Of a DNA stretch of 64,000 nt, positions 61,813 to 64,000 are shown one piece after another (within the stretch, counting starts at the first letter, position 1; each line of letters opens with the position of its first letter). The notes under the pieces were generated by a model. It saw only the letters and a list, made by a program, of their open reading frames with translations. It was not told the DNA's origin and did not search any database. Source of the DNA: Leptogorgia sarmentosa (taxonomy: Eukaryota). Position numbers and translations under genes: made by a program. The DNA lies in the NCBI GenBank assembly GCA_964658305.1, contig OZ210885.1:19964001-20028000 (forward strand), in the 5' to 3' direction.

Positions 61813-64000
61813 GTGGCACTATTTGATGGAATCTGTTCAATAAGTGGCACCTCAGCTTCTTGTTCCAGCACATGAAGTAATTTAGACTTCACTGTCTTAA
61901 CAAGACAACCGGAGTCTGTAGCCAATGCTCTGGGATATGGTCTCAGGGAATATGTGAAAACATGCTCAATATTAATATCCCGATTTCTTGCTATCACCAG
62001 AAGCCTTGCCCAGAAGCGACAATCATTCTTCACAGTAACTACAGAGCCAGAAGATGTTCGGGTTGTTGTTGATCTTGCCATAGTATTGAAAGATTTCAGT
62101 TTCATTTTCTCAATCTTGCTAAATATATCTGGTCTCAACATACTGTTCAAGCCTTTCATCCCCTTTCACATATGCATTCTGCAAGTCCTTTGTTGTTTCG
62201 TCATCTGCAACAACACCACTACATATGTTTACCAATTCTGTTGGGCTTTCTGGGCTGAATGGGTTCGACATGGAAGTTACTGTTTCCATAATCTGTTTCA
62301 CAGCTTGCTCATGCTTATCCCAGTTGGTTTTATCCAGATCTTTCCGCTTTCTAAATGAGAACAAACAGTAGCATCAGTTCAGTTCATCAGGAAAATCAAG
62401 CATACATGTACTCTATTGTGTATATGTCATTACCTTTGCTCCTCTGCTACACCAGCCATCAACTGACACTTTCTGGTTATCGCACTTCTGTCAGCCTGAG
62501 CAAGAATCCACCGATTTATTGCACCTCTATTCTGAGTCAATCCGACAATACCGCCCTTGGTTTTAGAATCCCGGTTGCAAGTTTGTTCGATAGTTTGGTC
62601 ACAGGCGATTGATGAAAATCCGTATTTTTGTTGCCTTTGAACAGTCCATTGCAAATCCATTTCTGTTGAAGGTCCTGGAAAGAACCAACGACACATATGT
62701 TATAGGAAATTGAGAATGTGCGTTTTTATATATATATATAATTTCCTTACCGGGGTGTGTCTCATCCAAACAAACCATTTCAAGCCAGTATGCAGGCATA
62801 TAGCAAGCATAATTTATGCAGTCATAGGCAAAGTACCAAGGAAGCATTGCTCTCACTGCTGCTAGGTGAAGCATCCAATTTGTTGTTCTTGTTGCTCTGA
62901 TAAACGTTAGCAGCAGCTGAACCATGTCAATGTAGGAAGACCAAAACTCAAACGTTGCACTTCTTTTCTTCTCCTCTTCAACAAACATCTGGAACGTAAA
63001 ATCATTTTGTCATAAATTAGATGATTATGTTTCTAACAACGTACATCATAAAACCAGTTATAAGGTCACATAATTGGCACCTAACACATAATTGCTCTTC
63101 TGCCCCTTAGCAAAGGCATATCACAAATGTTTTGTGTAATATTGAACATTTTTAACCCTTTAAGCAGCAATGTGCCCAGATGCGTTCTACCTTATTTTAC
63201 TTTGTCTCATGCCAGACAATTTTATTTGTCATGGGGGAAACTACGGCCACTCACATTTAGTTTTTCTCAACATTGCAATGCCAAACAAAAAACTTCAACA
63301 TTTCAAGCGAATGCCCTCTAATTCTCTCAAAATGTCAATGAAAGGTTTCCTTTTATTTTTCAAATAAATTACACAACAGCAAAATAAATTAGTCAAGACT
63401 TATCTTTTTGCTATGTCATTTAAGGTAGCATTCTCTCCATAAATTTCGATGATCTCTTTGTCCAAGTTGCCATGTATCTCCTTAGCTAGGCCAATGATTT
63501 CTCCCTTTTGCTCTGTTGATTGAGTCTCAAGAAAAGCTTCAAAACGTAGCCTTTCCATGGCTTCAAAAACCAACTTGTGAGCACGTATACAGCGGTTGTA
63601 GTGCTTGCCACTGAAGACTCCATTCAGAAATCCTTGAGCAACAGTTTCGGATTCAACCAGAATGTCCTGCAAATCGGGTTTAAAAGGAGGAACAAATCAC
63701 TGACAATTCTATAGACTCATTCACTATATTTACTATACCACATTGGACATAGGGAGTGAGTTCACTTGATATCATATTAGGAAGAATTGTTCTCTAGTGA
63801 ATGACAATTCTATTGAGAACATTTCTTGTATACAAAAATACAAAAACATATATAAATTCTAACCTGCAAACCAGCATCACGGAATCGACATGATATTGCT
63901 GTGGCATACGACATACAGGCATGAAATTCCCCAAGGCGAAAAATGAACTTAGTGAGAAACTCATCACATTTCCATCGTACTTGCTGTGCCTTCGCATATA

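Larger units (their letters stand above)
56763..64000 (-). mobile_element. Intron-containing AcademX, disrupted, extending beyond the window
   Basis: The terminus TAGGCCGTCG... begins where the DIRS frame breaks. Exonic remnants GKHYNR..RAH, DQTIEQTCNR, VDGMA, DHEEADTK, DTDV, FHIFTG and a CXC are separated by introns. Confidence 0.82.

Overview
This is AT-rich eukaryotic DNA, with spliceosomal GT-AG introns and metazoan transposon families; a marine invertebrate or cnidarian origin is an inference. Almost the whole window is a deeply nested transposable-element cluster, and I see no clear single-copy host gene. Termini and target-site duplications (TSDs) read from the sequence give the following structure. 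(1) A Harbinger element is inserted in a chromodomain gene and itself contains a deleted AcademX and a truncated Penelope-like element (PLE), which in turn contains an apparently intact hAT. (2) An 8.56-kb AcademX with ~950-bp TIRs carries a PLE RT/GIY-YIG fragment. (3) There is a BED/hAT relic and a Transib/RAG1-like N-terminal relic. (4) A Zator-like transposase pseudogene is split by a 12.8-kb CACTA/EnSpm element, which has a 5-exon second gene, and by a Tc1 relic. (5) A Troyka-like LTR element (CG..CG termini, 3-bp TSD) contains a solo LTR and a Mag-type Gypsy. (6) A DIRS element is cut by an intron-containing AcademX that contains another hAT. Several MITEs and minisatellites are also present. 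Family names come from motif recognition only; no database search was run.
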